Below, piece by piece: positions 1-13,100 of a DNA stretch of 64,000 bases. The notes under the pieces are model-generated. The model searched no databases. It had not been told where the DNA came from and worked only from the letters and a program-made list of their open reading frames with translations. The stretch spans positions 7,564,001-7,628,000 of the forward strand of contig OZ281494.1 in the NCBI GenBank assembly GCA_965637545.1, in the 5' to 3' direction. Position 1 is the stretch's first letter. Each line of letters starts with the position of its first letter. The stretch comes from Phallusia mammillata. Its lineage: Eukaryota. Made by a program: the position numbers and the translations under genes.

Positions 1-234
1 GCATCTACTATGTAGTAGTTCAGGGAGGAATGAAAATGTTTTGAATTGTTAAGGGAGGAATTCATTGAGACTTTGAAATCACTGTCCTCTACACATTTTA
101 TAACATGTCATTTTAAATTCTGTTCAATAACAAGCTTTAAAAAGCACATAAATTTCAGCATAAATGTATATAAACAGATTGCAGAAGCATGTGTACATGT
201 TTTTAAAAGAGGTTTGCAAAGAGACTTGGCCAAC

Positions 235-3200
235 CTGTTGCTTGAATTTGAGGCATTCCTCAGGAGTCATTGTGTCAGCTTTGGCGATAAGAGGTATAAT
301 GTTGACTTTGTCATGGAGGTGCTTCATGAATTCAATATCGAGTGGCTTTAGGCTGAAAGTAGATTTAGTTTGAGTTACAAAATAAATACCTGCTGCTGCA
401 ATTTGTGCTAGTAGTGGGCAAAAAATACCTTTATCTGACCACAATGAAACACCCTTAACAGTGACCAAAATGTGAGAAAAACTTTTCTGGATGTGTAAAT
501 GTTAATTATTTGTATCTTGGCAAAGCATTTTATACAGTAAAAAACGTAATAATTGTCAATGGCAGACTATTGCTGTATAATTTTTACCATAATTTCATGA
601 AAAATGTTTGTGCACCTAATGATTTTTAAACAAACAAATTCTTTCAAACAAAACATACCACATGTTCAAAAACGACCCAGTTTGATAAAAGTGTAGCAAA
701 AATTTAAACCCATCTGCAAGTACTTTTTTGACGTACAGATAAATCCTAAAAAACACAGATTTAAAGATTTACTGACCCGTGTCCAGTAGGAGCTATAAAG
801 TAAAGGCAACAATGCACACGATTGTCTGCAATCTTCGTTCTACTGACCATAGACTCAGCGTTTAAATAATCTTCAAATTTGCTTTCAATGTGTCCAATAA
901 CTGGTTGCCAACTACAAACAAAAGAATATGTTTGCTAATATTTTTCCATATTTGTAAAGTTTTAGTCAAAGTATCCATAGTAAGCAACTGTTTTACTAAA
1001 AGATTTACCAAATAATTTAAAAAAATATAGATTAAAATATTGGTTTGACAAGGAAGTACATGAACATGTTAGGGCTATGAAGGCAAAAACTACGATATAT
1101 ATATATCATGAGTTCATTGCACCACACAGCTATTTTCAAATTAGTTACGCATACCACAGGCATTTTTGAGGTCAATTTTTGCATAACTTCCTATATGTTT
1201 TTGTTTATTTCATAATGTATAGGTCAGTGCACTGCATCAATGAAAATCATTTGCATTCTTTTAAACTGGTCGCAATTTGGAATTGAGTGTTTTGTTAATA
1301 TTAAGTGTAATTTAAGGTCACAAAACAAAACAGGTACAATCAATTAAAACCACTTCTAGTGAATGAAGTGACTGGCAAAGCACAGTCCAAAAATGGAGTA
1401 AATGCAGCACAATGAAATAATAAGAAACAATGATAACATGACCAGGAATAGTCAAAGCATGTCTGGCATTTCTACACTCTATATTTGGAAGACATTTCAT
1501 CAGATTCAGCAAATTTGCTGTAGCATGACCCAGAACAAGACTTCCTTACATTTTGAAACATAACAGAAATGGAATTTATAAAACTCATCTCATCACTAAA
1601 AAGGGGTTTCAATACTGTTTTATATCGCGAAATAGCTCAATAAGATCAAAAGAGCCGTCAAGCCACAGCATACCCGGAAAACTTCAGGCACTGTGGCAGG
1701 TATCAAGGCTCAATAGCAGGAAATGAGACAGGTTGAAACCATTAGTCTTGTGTTTCAAGGCAAGGTTTTAAGACATTTTACAGTATATGAACAAAACAAA
1801 AATTATTTCTTATTACAAATAGCCATTCCAATGCTTTTGTCATATTTTTCATGTATATGTGTCAAATGCAACTTGTGTATAATGGACATGTTGTTGTGTG
1901 TTTAAACAGTAATTTAATATTCTCTGAATTTTTGACACTAGAATGTCAAGGGAGTTACAAAACAAACCTGTGAGACGCCCAACATGCTTACATAAATGCA
2001 CAACTAAACTTTGTCAAACAGTCCATACATTTTAGGCTTACATTTTTAACAGCACTTATATTCATTTGAAATAAAGTTAGCTTAAATGAGAGTTCATATT
2101 AATACAGTAAAGATCATGAAAGCAGACAAAGGGTACATTTTTTCAAGCAAATATAACTGTCACAGGTATAATAGCAATGCAGCTTTGCAGACATTCACCA
2201 AGATAATCAATGACCGAATTCCTTCCCTGGGGCTAAAATATGCTGGCACTTTTATGGCAGGCTCTGTGGCTCAGATGACAAACTGCACAGTTTCATGGTA
2301 ACAGAGCAGTTGGCATTTTAAAGGCCACAGCCGTAAGTATGTCATAACTATGCACAAAATGAAATGAAAATAGTTTTAAAGCTGAAGAGTTCTTTAAAAG
2401 TTCTGCTGCAGTTTGGCAGTAGAGTAAACAGTAGCAGAAACATTGAACTCACATAAGTAAACATTTGTTGGCCCACTTTAAGCAAACTTACTGGCAGAAG
2501 TAAATACACACAAGCAGCAAAAACAAACACACATATACTAACATGTCAATTAGATAAGTCAAAACCATTCAATCTGCACTTCTATAAATCACACAAAGAC
2601 AACAAACAACCAAACACAAGGTTTCACAGTTAGGACAATTTGGGATTCTTTTTCATATGGCTGAAGTAGAATATAGAAATGATAACAATACTAACCAGTC
2701 ACTGTTATCCACAGCATCACCAAACCCTGGTGTGTCGCATATTGTCAACCTTAAAGATACTCCATTTTCTTTGACCAATACTTTGGTAGTTTCAACCTGT
2801 TTCAACACATTGCACAATTATGTAAACAAAGTTAAGTTTCTACATATAGCCGAATTTGATTTCAAATATATTTGGGTTACTATTGCATGAATAATTCTTT
2901 GTCACTTTTACTGCCAAGCAAATGCAATACTTTTGCACATAAACAATACCTGAACAGTTTTCTTAATTCTGAAAGCAGGTCCTGGATATTCTTTAGAGTA
3001 AAGATCAGAAAGGAACAGGGAATTTATAAGAGTTGACTTTCCAAGACCTGATTCACCTGAAATGACATTTTTTTGTTAATAATTTCAAGCTTTTGGTGAT
3101 TTTTTTAAATATATAGCAAAAGCACAAATTATGAATAAAAATTCATGCTATGTTGCTGTTTTACAAAGCCTTTCATGAAGTGGTATCATGTTGCAAAAAG

Positions 3201-3429
3201 TTTTAAAATTTATAAACATGAGAGTTAAAGAAACATTTTGTGCCAAAAGTATGTGCCTTTTTTGCTAAAAACGAAGAAGTAATGAGTTTGTATGACAGAA
3301 AATTAAGAAGCGAGTTGACTTACCCACAACCATGAGAGTAAATTCAAATCCTTGCTTCACTGATTTTCTGTACAGCTGATTTGGCAAGTTTGCAAATCCA
3401 ACATAACTATCAAGCGACTTCGGCTGTTG
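235..3429 (-). CDS. SEPT7: Septin, SEPT7 group (partial: first exon unresolved, 3' exons beyond the window start)
   Basis: GT-AG exons 3429-3324, 3056-2950, 2796-2696, 911-777 and 352-235 join in frame. They give [50 protein letters not shown] (P-loop), DTPGFGD (G3), [16 protein letters not shown] and [15 protein letters not shown] (G4), matching the SEPT7 sequence I recall. A candidate start ATG|gtattg at 3962-3960 is unconfirmed. Confidence 0.95.
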
Positions 3430-5118
3430 CTGCAAATTTAACAAAAGACCGTTACAACACAAAATTACGTGGCAAGAGATTTAAGCAACTGTTTCATTTT
3501 ACGTTTTGATACAATTTTTGTCATAAATATACTTACAGCTGTAATTGTTGAATTGAGGTGCACAGCAGGTCAGGTACATGAAAAATAAGAAAAAAATACA
3601 AAAAATTAGATAGAAAGAAAAATCCTTGTATGTATACACACACAAAACACAAACAATTGAGGCAGTCATAGCCTTGACTTTCAGTGAGGCATTAAACAGC
3701 CTTCTCTATTTTTTTCGCTAAATATATATTGTTTTTGATGAATTAAAAACAGTTACTTTTTATTCTTTGACATAGCCTATGTATAGTGAAAAGTGTTAAA
3801 AATTGTATTTTGTTATGTGGTACAACACAGCATTAAAATTTGAAACAGCCTGTTGAATGTTTTAAATAAAGTATTTTAATCGAATTTACCTCATAAAATT
3901 GAACTTGTTTAGAAAATAAAATCAAACAAATACACACCCATTTCACCGCTAAGCAATACCATGAGGGTTCAACAGAACTTGTGAGATTATTTGGTCTTCA
4001 GCCCTCACCAAGTTTATTCCAAGTGCACAATAATTTGAACTAGGTTATCCAGTTACTGCAGTGAACTACTTACAACACAACACACAACAGCTACTAAGTG
4101 ACTTTCGTATAACACTAAACCGAAATAGGCATTAATCGTTAACGAATGATTACGTTTCCTTCCGTACTTAAGGAAGGCTATTAAAAGCTCACAAAACGTA
4201 CACATAAAATAAGCGCTAAACTTGCCAACATTTTAAACGGCTATTTTACATATTTCACCAGTAAAAACATCAACATTGGCTGGTATAGTCGCCGTTATCC
4301 ATAAACAACTGCTAATTAAACACGATCACTACAAATAAGAGTGAAATGCCAAACTGCCACTGGTTTTTCGGATGGTTGAGCATCATCGTAATCGTATGCA
4401 TTTTAAAACAAACATATGTGAAGCAAGTAGCCCAATGGCGCCCTCTAAAAAATGCGACAGGCAACGCCCTCTTTATGTCAGGATTTATTGATTGCGGTTC
4501 TGCAATAAATGTCAGGATAACTTTAAGATTTTTTGTGTTCGGTTCTTGCAATAATAATTGTTAATTTTTATCTCAATACGACTTGCTTGCAAACGCCAGC
4601 TCTGTGTGTAGCCTACGCTCTACATAGTCTTTACTAGACCTACCATAAAGTCCTCTTTTTAGACAACAATGTCCTTATTTTCAACAAAAAGCAAGTTATC
4701 CTCTGAGGACAATAAAAATCGCCCAAATGGCCTCCTTTTTCGATTTTCTGTAGACCTATTGCTAAATATCTCATAAACAAGAATTTGGCCTTTTAACAAC
4801 AGCCAAAAATAGACTACACTCTCAACAACACCACCCGATGTTTAGTGTGAGTTATAACTTGTGATATAATTGAATGACCAATCTCAGGGACAACTAAAGA
4901 TGTTTTGGAGGGTAGGAAAAACTATCTGTCACAAAACTATAATTAGCCACTGGCTTCGTTTGGGGTCAACTTATGCAAATTACAGGCCTTTTGACTCGAC
5001 ACGACTAACGCTAAAAGATAGCCTGAACCACAGGTTGTTAGAAGAAATCGACTGATGACTAGCGACTTTGTATTGTCTTACGAGGTTAATAATTACCAGA
5101 AGCACCTCAAGGTTGTAT

Positions 5119-5464
5119 CAGAGTTGCAAGCGGGCCCGAAATCTGAGCCTGAAGCCCGGCCCGAACCCGAAACGTTTTTGCAAAGCCCGTTTAGGCGCGA
5201 AATTTTGATTGACAGGCATTTTCACGAAAGCCTTGCAACAAAGGATGAGCAAGAAAAAAGAGAAAGACAACAAACACAATGAACAATAGTAGACAATGGG
5301 GAAAACAATACGTTTTAGAGGAGGGTGGGCATTAAGTCAAAGCCAGAGAATTGTTACTTAGCTGAGTGATTTTATTTAAAAAACAATGGCGGACACGGAA
5401 CGTAAAGTCAAGTCCGTTTTCTCACAAATACCTAAGCCCGAACCCGGCCCAACTTGCAACGCTG
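5119..5464. mobile_element. hAT-type MITE with 8-bp target site duplication
   Basis: TIRs are CAGAGTTGCAAG and CTTGCAACGCTG (11/12 match). A perfect TSD GGTTGTAT lies at 5111-5118 and 5465-5472. Subterminal GCCCGAA/CCCGG repeats are present, and a related fragment lies at about 9350-9510. Confidence 0.85.
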
Positions 5465-6097
5465 GGTTGTATTGTTTATGTGGGAAAAAAATTCTGATAG
5501 TGTTTAAATGAGATCACAAAAAGCACACCGTGACTCGAATTTGTTTATTAGGGAAACAGTAAAAAGATGCGACGCCATGGTAATCTATACTTTCTACGGT
5601 GAAATAAAATGTAAAGCACTGTATTGTAAAGTCGTACGGTATAACCAGCATTTTGTGGTAATTATCTCCTGGAAACAGGACCACCATATCCACTTGAGGT
5701 GACTAAATATCGAAAAGTTTCGATTTATAATTATGGCACAAAAAACTTTTTTTTGAATGGCGGAATTTGTGGTCAAAACAAGCTTACATACAAAGCTTGT
5801 GAAAGCCTCAAAGTTAAACAGTTCGCTTTCTTTTTAGGAAAGATAATATATTTCCACCCTAAAAGCCAGGCGGACTGTTATTTTACAAGTAAGGCATCGA
5901 CCAACAAATTGTGTAGTAGGCCTACAGACTTAATGCGAAGTCGTCTTAAGGTTAAACGTATTTGGTTTTGGGAAATGTGCGACAGCATATGAACACAGAT
6001 GATATACAAGTAACAACTGTTGTTGGGTAAAAACTGAATCCTACTCGAAAATCGGGCAAACACCAGTCAAAAAAATGAAAAAGATGAATATAGCCTA

Positions 6098-6218
6098 CAC
6101 TAAACCTCGGTCAAACCGCGCTAAGGCTTTAACTAATCGACATCGGTTTATCCGGATCTTCACGTAACAAGGACAAAATTTTTGGTCCAAACGAGTCCGA
6201 ATTAACCGAGGTTCACTG
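6098..6218. mobile_element. Tc1/pogo (Tigger-like) MITE
   Basis: Imperfect TIRs CACTAAACCTCGGTCAA and TTAACCGAGGTTCACTG are flanked by TA on both sides. The internal 20-mer TAAGGCTTTAACTAATCGAC recurs at 13391-13410, and similarity continues to about 13452. Confidence 0.75.
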
Positions 6219-7122
6219 TATTTTGTGACATTCTTTGAAAATCAAGAGGCATCAAAACCCATGAAGATGATGTTACCATCTCTACTGTTGGTGCACTTGT
6301 GTGATAGTAAGTGTTGTACAAATTTTTTGCGTGTCATTTTTTCAAGTATATACGTCCGCTAAAAATTATTTTCCGCAAAATAATTTAATGTGTCACGTTT
6401 AAGCACTATTTATCGGTTATAAAACGGGAGGCAGGTGGTTTTAATGACACTGCGCCTTTTGCAAGGGGCAACAGGATGTAAAAAATGTTCAATCGATAGA
6501 CAGGGTAAAAAGTGAGTTCTATAGCTGCAAGGTGTAGCCGTTTTTGTGTGAGTACTACTGTAGAGGATACTAAGAAAATCCAATAGATATCAATTACAAA
6601 CAGGACTGTACCAAGATACAGGTCAAATAGTTCGTTGAAAAACGAAAAAAGAATTCAATTTTATCCAAAGTTCGCGCACTTGCTTTGGAGAAATAAGTAA
6701 ATAGATGGTTTTGGGGTCTGTTTTACGAGAAAAAATACATGTGAATTTATATTCTATGTTTAAGGTCTGCAAAATTAAAACAAACCTGTCGGCAAGGATA
6801 AACTTTTTTGTGACAGAGAAACACCCCAGCAGCTTGAATCAGCGATTCTGCTGGTTTTTGCTTGGCGATATGGAAGCAACAACGCGCAAATGATAAAAAC
6901 ACGGTTGATTTACAACTCTATCCGCTGAGAAAGAGAAAAAAAAACACAAGGTCCACAGGAAAATGACCGAGCCATCAGGAAATATGGCAGCCAAAGAAAC
7001 AGTGACAAGTCAAAAAAATTACAAGAAAAAGTATGAAGTGGTCTCGTACGGTTGTCGATAGCCCGGAACGGTAGCAGGCTTTATGTCATGGAGAAATTAG
7101 GAATGCGCATCACAGGTTGATC

Positions 7123-10100
7123 TCATCTCATTTCGAAGTTCTGTCTCGAGTTTTGGGATCGGCCCTGGACTTGGCGGCTGCGTTGGCGGCGGCGACGAAG
7201 CGTGTCGGCACCTGACCAATCAGAAACGAGCATTTTTAACAAGACATTAAAATTTTGTTAGCGATTGTTGGTATTACAGAATTGATGTTAAATAACAGAT
7301 TCAGAAATAGGCGCAATAAAGTCAAAAAAATACTACATTTTGCCATAAAAAAAAGTCATTTAAACATGATAAAAATTGAAACACTCAAAATTATAAACCC
7401 AAACAAAATCTGTGTAAATATCAGTTATGAGGCAGGGACAAAAATCGCAACTGTTACTTTCAAACCAAAATTAATTCAGTATAAATTTTAATCAATAGAA
7501 AGGTAGGAATGCAACAGTTAATTTCAAACCAAAATAAATTATGTTTAATTTTAATCAATAGAAAGGTAGGAATAAAAATTGTAACAATAAAGTTTACACG
7601 AAACCAAATTCAAATTTTAATCAATAGAAAAGGTATCCGCTTTAGACCAATCCACTAAACCTAAAATAGTATTGCAGAGAAAACTTACCTGGTAGTTGCT
7701 TGTGTTTAGGAAGACGTGGATTATTGCTGGGAGTAACATTACTGCACACTTTAATAAAACCAGCCATGAGAAGGATGAGAGCTAAACCCATAAGAGCCAC
7801 AGCCCACCAATATTCCTACATAATGAAAACACAAGTATACGTCAACTGTATGTTTTTTTTCTCAATAAAAATTTAAGGTTTAATTGTATGTATTCAAACA
7901 ATACATTGAAGTGGTTATCTCACACCACTGTAACAAGAGCATGAATGTTATGCTGCAGACAGTGCACACTGTTTCGACCTATAAGGTCTCATCAGTGCAG
8001 CTGGTGACGAGAGATCGGCCGCATTGGCTAGTGTAGCCATCCAACGGCACTCCAGTTTGTTGGGAGCAACAGGGTACAACCCCATGCATCACCTGTGCAC
8101 TGTCTGCAGCTTATCATTTATTGGCTCACATGCTTTTACATGAATGTTATGATCTTGAAAAACGTTGATAAAAAAACAAAAAATGAACAGAAAGTTTGCA
8201 GGAGTAAAAAGACACTGGTATTTGGCAAATGGAATGGATTTAAAACTTCAGCACCACCAAGTTCGATTATTGTTAAATACACGCTTTTTGTTATTTTATT
8301 TACAATTACAGACTGGGCCAATCACATTCAAGGAAGGCTTTATGAACGAAATTAAAAACGTTTTTTTTATACATAAACAAACCGCACTGCATGTACTGTA
8401 TGCAATGATTAGCGGTTAGTAAACAGGGTTGTTCGTGGTCAAGTTTAGAGATTTACATGTTACGTCCATAATAATCTATCACAAAAATGTCTAATCATAA
8501 CCACTTACCACAATCCAGTTTTTGATGGTGCTGTAAAGCTCCGGATTAAAAATCGCCTTCTTCAGTCGTGACAAGGGTCCATCGGCGTCTACAAGCCTGC
8601 ACTTCGAGAATACGTCACAATATCCTGAAACAATGACGTCACGAGGTGATTACGCGTCAAAACATCACGTGACATCCGCCCCAGCGGCAAAGCACTTTAT
8701 AACGCGTGGGCCGGCCTAATAGCGTTAAGTCATACGCGGGCTGTGTTTAAAGTAGTATTTCTAAAAGTCATATGACTGTGACATCATAAGTGCCTCTTTG
8801 TTCATTATTATTGCGCATGAGACAAGCTTGTTTGAATAAAGCTTTGATAAACTAATCGTTTTGACGTGACATGCTAAAACTAGTTAATATTCTAAGTAGG
8901 AATTTTAAATTAGTTTACACGTGTAACAACACTTTATCCCCGAAAACTCTATTACAGTAAAAGTATTACGAACAAAGTACACATGTATATTCAAAAATGG
9001 TGAGAAAAGTGTCAGTAGACTAACAGTTCAGAATATTTAGCTTATTGGACAGGTCTGGTTGTGTCTGATAAAAATTGAAATCCAACATCTGAATAATTTA
9101 AACCTAGTCTCATAACTTCTAAGCACAGAATAATAGGTGTCAACAACCCATTAGAAAAGGTTTGCGATGGGATTCAAACCCACGATAGATGACCTTTTAC
9201 CAACCCATCAGTAGAAGATTCGTTTTTTTTTTCTAGTGCCAACGAAAGTGTGCAGCCATTGGTTCAGCCAAGAGCCTGATTTTTTAACGTAATTGTCTTT
9301 AAACAGAGTTGTATGGAGCCCAGGAATTAGGGAGCCAAGTCCAAAAGTAAAAGCCCGAACTCGGCCCGAAACCGATTTTGTTAAAATAAATCCCTAACTG
9401 GGCCCAAAGTTAGATTTACCGATCAATTATGATACAAATTTACTTGAGTATAAGGTAAGGCCCCAAACAAGCCTTTTTATTGAAACTTATGCCTGAACCC
9501 GACCCGACTAATAACTCTAATTTAAAGACCAGATTGATTCAGTATATCAATATTCTTGTTTCATGTACAGCTTACAGTGCGATACGCATGTGCCTTTGTT
9601 GTTAGTTATATTCACAGGGAACATCAAAAAGGTTTCCTTATTAAAACGTACCGCTAGGCGAGCCACAAACGTAATTAGAATTTGATTGGGGTGTGTTTTG
9701 CCTGCAGGCCATCGTTGCCATTTATAGGTGCAACATTATCGATTAAACGGTCAATACAAGACGAACTGATCGAATAAAACCTAGATAGACTTACCGTTGT
9801 ACGTGTCACAGGCAGATCCGGGTTGTAGGAATATAACACTGCCATTAAACTCTGCAGAGAAGGTAGGGTCTCCCATACTTTTGCAGCTGTTCTCGTCGCC
9901 TATAAACAGATGTATATATATATATACATAACTTAATTTAGATTTTTCAAACTGACGTGGTAATTTTTGAAAAATATTCCTGATTTTCAGACAAAAATAC
10001 AAAAAATACATGCACAAAAAATCCGTTTATCCGCTTAAGCCTTTAAGGCAAGTTATTTCGATTCAAAAAAGGTACTATGCGTTGGTTGATATTCTTTCTT

Positions 10101-13100
10101 ACTTACCTATTCGTTGACAGCAGGTATGGCAGAGAACAGAACGATCTTTTTCGTCGGCAGGAACTGTGCAAGAGCATGGTTCCAAACCAGGGTGTTTTCT
10201 ACATATTGATCCCGAGCATTCCTGCGAAAATACACACGATTGCTTGAGCTACAAAATACCTCTAAACGATACTTTCGTACAAGGTACGCAAGACCTAACG
10301 AAGGCAATGCAACAAATCAAGCCTATCATTATAATGATGGTATACCACACATTAAAAGGCATGGACAAGAAAAATCTAGCCTGCGGTGGGATTCGAACCC
10401 ACAAAAGGAGCTTTTTAGGGACTCGCTTTACCAACTAAGCAAGACACACTCAGTGATGTGACTGTCGAAAGTCGTAGGCGCTGCTGCCTGCCTCATATGC
10501 TGAGCTTGTCATCTTAGTAGTAGGGGATCGCCAGTTTGACCATAAATCCGTTAAAATGGACATAAATTCAATACTGGGATCAGGCCTGATTGTTACGAGC
10601 TTGGGAACTGCTCGAACTTCAACGTAACAGGTCATATGCTTAGAATGTACAATAAACAAGGGTTGTACCTATCGCGTACATAAAATACTGACTTGTATTA
10701 ACATTACTTACCCCATTCACACATATCTGTGTCTTGTGGTTACATTCAATCGGTGAACTTCCGTTGCTTTTTGCCACAGCTTCAGGACAAGACGCATTTT
10801 TGCCAGTGAACATCGGATAAATACAATTAAGGAGAAATTATAAAGGATTACATAATATCCGACTAAACGACTTAGTACACTTCATAGCATGTTTATAATC
10901 ATTTTTAACTGTGTCTAACGGGGTTTAGCGGCTAAAAAATTAATGTAAACAAATTTCTCAACATATTGAGACATTAAATCGGTTTAACATAAAAAAGTAT
11001 TTTTATGCATATAAGACCAAAAAAGTTTCTTAAATTTTTTTTTTCGAATAAAAAAAAACAAAAAAAAATCTCTTAAAAACATAAAATTTTCTCGTGAAAC
11101 ATTTTCTTTAATAGCTCTACCTATCAAACAGATTCTTATTCAAACACCAGTAAGGTGCAACAACAGTGATATTGCAAAGGATATGCGCAAACTTGTGCTA
11201 ACTGGCATTCACTCTGCGCAGCACATTCATGCGATGAATCACGAAATCCACAAGTAGTTGGATCGCAACATGGTCCCTGTGTTAAACTGAAAAGCAAAAT
11301 CACAAGTTACACATTATACAATATCGTTGCCATATTTTCTTTGCCAAAAATGTGGAGGTTTTTATAAAATGCTGGTGCATTTAAAATTGACTATCGCACT
11401 GTTGCGACATATTGAGTTTCATGTGTCGTTTCATTTCCGTTCCTTCATTGCAAAAATAATAAATTCTTATGGGGTGTCTTCGAAAGACAATATTGTTTTC
11501 TCAAATTGGACAATTTGTTGAATTTTTCTAGACAATTAAACCAGATCATAGCACCTTTAGTCGTTTTACGGTTGGGAACCGAATATTTTTCATTTAAAGC
11601 TCACTAATATGGGTATCGGTTTAACGTAAAGATTCAGCAACGTTTATAGGAAACTTTATGTTGATAGGTACTGAAGATCTAATCAAATTATACACGTACC
11701 AATTACCTACATCGACCGATTGTGTTTTGGGCAAAAGTTTTTTTACTCTCATTTAATAGGTATAAGGTACTTTCATGCTGATAAGCTAACGTTTACCTGC
11801 ACTGCGCCGCAGCCTTTAGTTTGCATCGCATCGTTCTGTCTTCGTAGTCGGCAGGATTACAGCAAGTGTCGCCCAGTGCAACACAAGTATCAGTGTAACC
11901 ACAATCACAGTCTTCATCTTGATCGATGATGTTATTTCCGCAGACAGGTTGGTTTGATGCTGCAAAGTAAAAACATATGTTCAAAAAATTTTACTTTTTT
12001 TCGTGGTGGTGTTATGTCTGAAAGAAATACTTTTTGTGTTGTAATAAGTTGTTTAACAAATGTTGCACTAAATCTCATGCTTAAGAAAAAAATGAAAAGT
12101 TTTAAAACGTAAGAAATACTCCCCTTTTTTGGGATATGCTTGCAGTATGTTTTGCAATGGTCAAAAGAATAAGTAGGAAAATGATTTTTTGCCTTATTAT
12201 TAATTAAATAACTAACTGATAAATGCTTCAAATAGTGTGTTTGGTTTACGGAACTGATATTGAAAAAATAACAGCATGTCATTAGGTTCAAAATTTGGGT
12301 TATAGTTTCAACATTATAAATAAATTATGAATCAACCTTGCAAGTATGGCAACAAAACTAAAAATAAACACGAACCCGTCTTATAAATTAAATCGTAAAA
12401 AATACCCAAAGCCTAATTACGTTCCCAAAAATATACAAATTACTGTACTATATTGCAAGTAGTCAGAAGTTGGGCCATGTGACCGATGGTATCAATGCAA
12501 CAAGCAAGAGAGTGTTCTCCCATGTCCCATACGCTAACGTCTGTACTTGTGCTACATTCAAATAACCCTGCCTGGTGAATTATTAATCACACGAGCCTTA
12601 CGTGACGTTGTGCTGCTACCTAACAATGTAACCCGTGCAACCTACACACAAGGGCAGGAAATGTCAGCGAAAAGGCAAAGTGACGCTGTGTGAAGAAGGT
12701 ATTATGTATTCATAGGCAAGAAAAGTAGCCCAAATGGCTCAGAGGTTACTGTAACACCCTTGAAAAGTTGTACCTGGTTTAATTTAAAGATTTTTGTTTT
12801 TTGGACAATTAACTTGCAGAAATTACACTTTAATCGAGCTAAACCGGTATTTTTTTGGGTGAAATCAATAAAACTTACACCTATATACATTGTTTTGTAT
12901 GTTTTAACTTGAGTAAAGACGTTGTGGGCAAATGAGAGTGGGCTATCAAAATGCATTTCAAGAGGAATTTGTTTGCACTGAAACAGTATGTTATATACTG
13001 GACATAAAAAACACAAAGTCATTGAATACTAAAAACGCTTGGCTTGAGCATCCTAATACCGCAAAACAATTCTATGTCTCTCAGTAAATTAGGGTCATTG

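Noticed and set aside
5055-5282. 75-aa ORF with PEPEARPEPE repeats
   Set aside because: It is a translation of the hAT MITE's GCCCGAA subterminal repeats.
3430-7122. ADAM10-SEPT7 operon (same strand, adjacent)
   Set aside because: The stop codon and the next coding exon are more than 3 kb apart with two MITEs in between, and a CpG transition suggests a separate SEPT7 promoter. Trans-splicing cannot be judged from sequence alone.
10366-10447. tRNA gene call for the A-box/B-box sequence
   Set aside because: It has no acceptor or anticodon stems, and it shares 3' flanking sequence with other copies, as expected of a SINE head.
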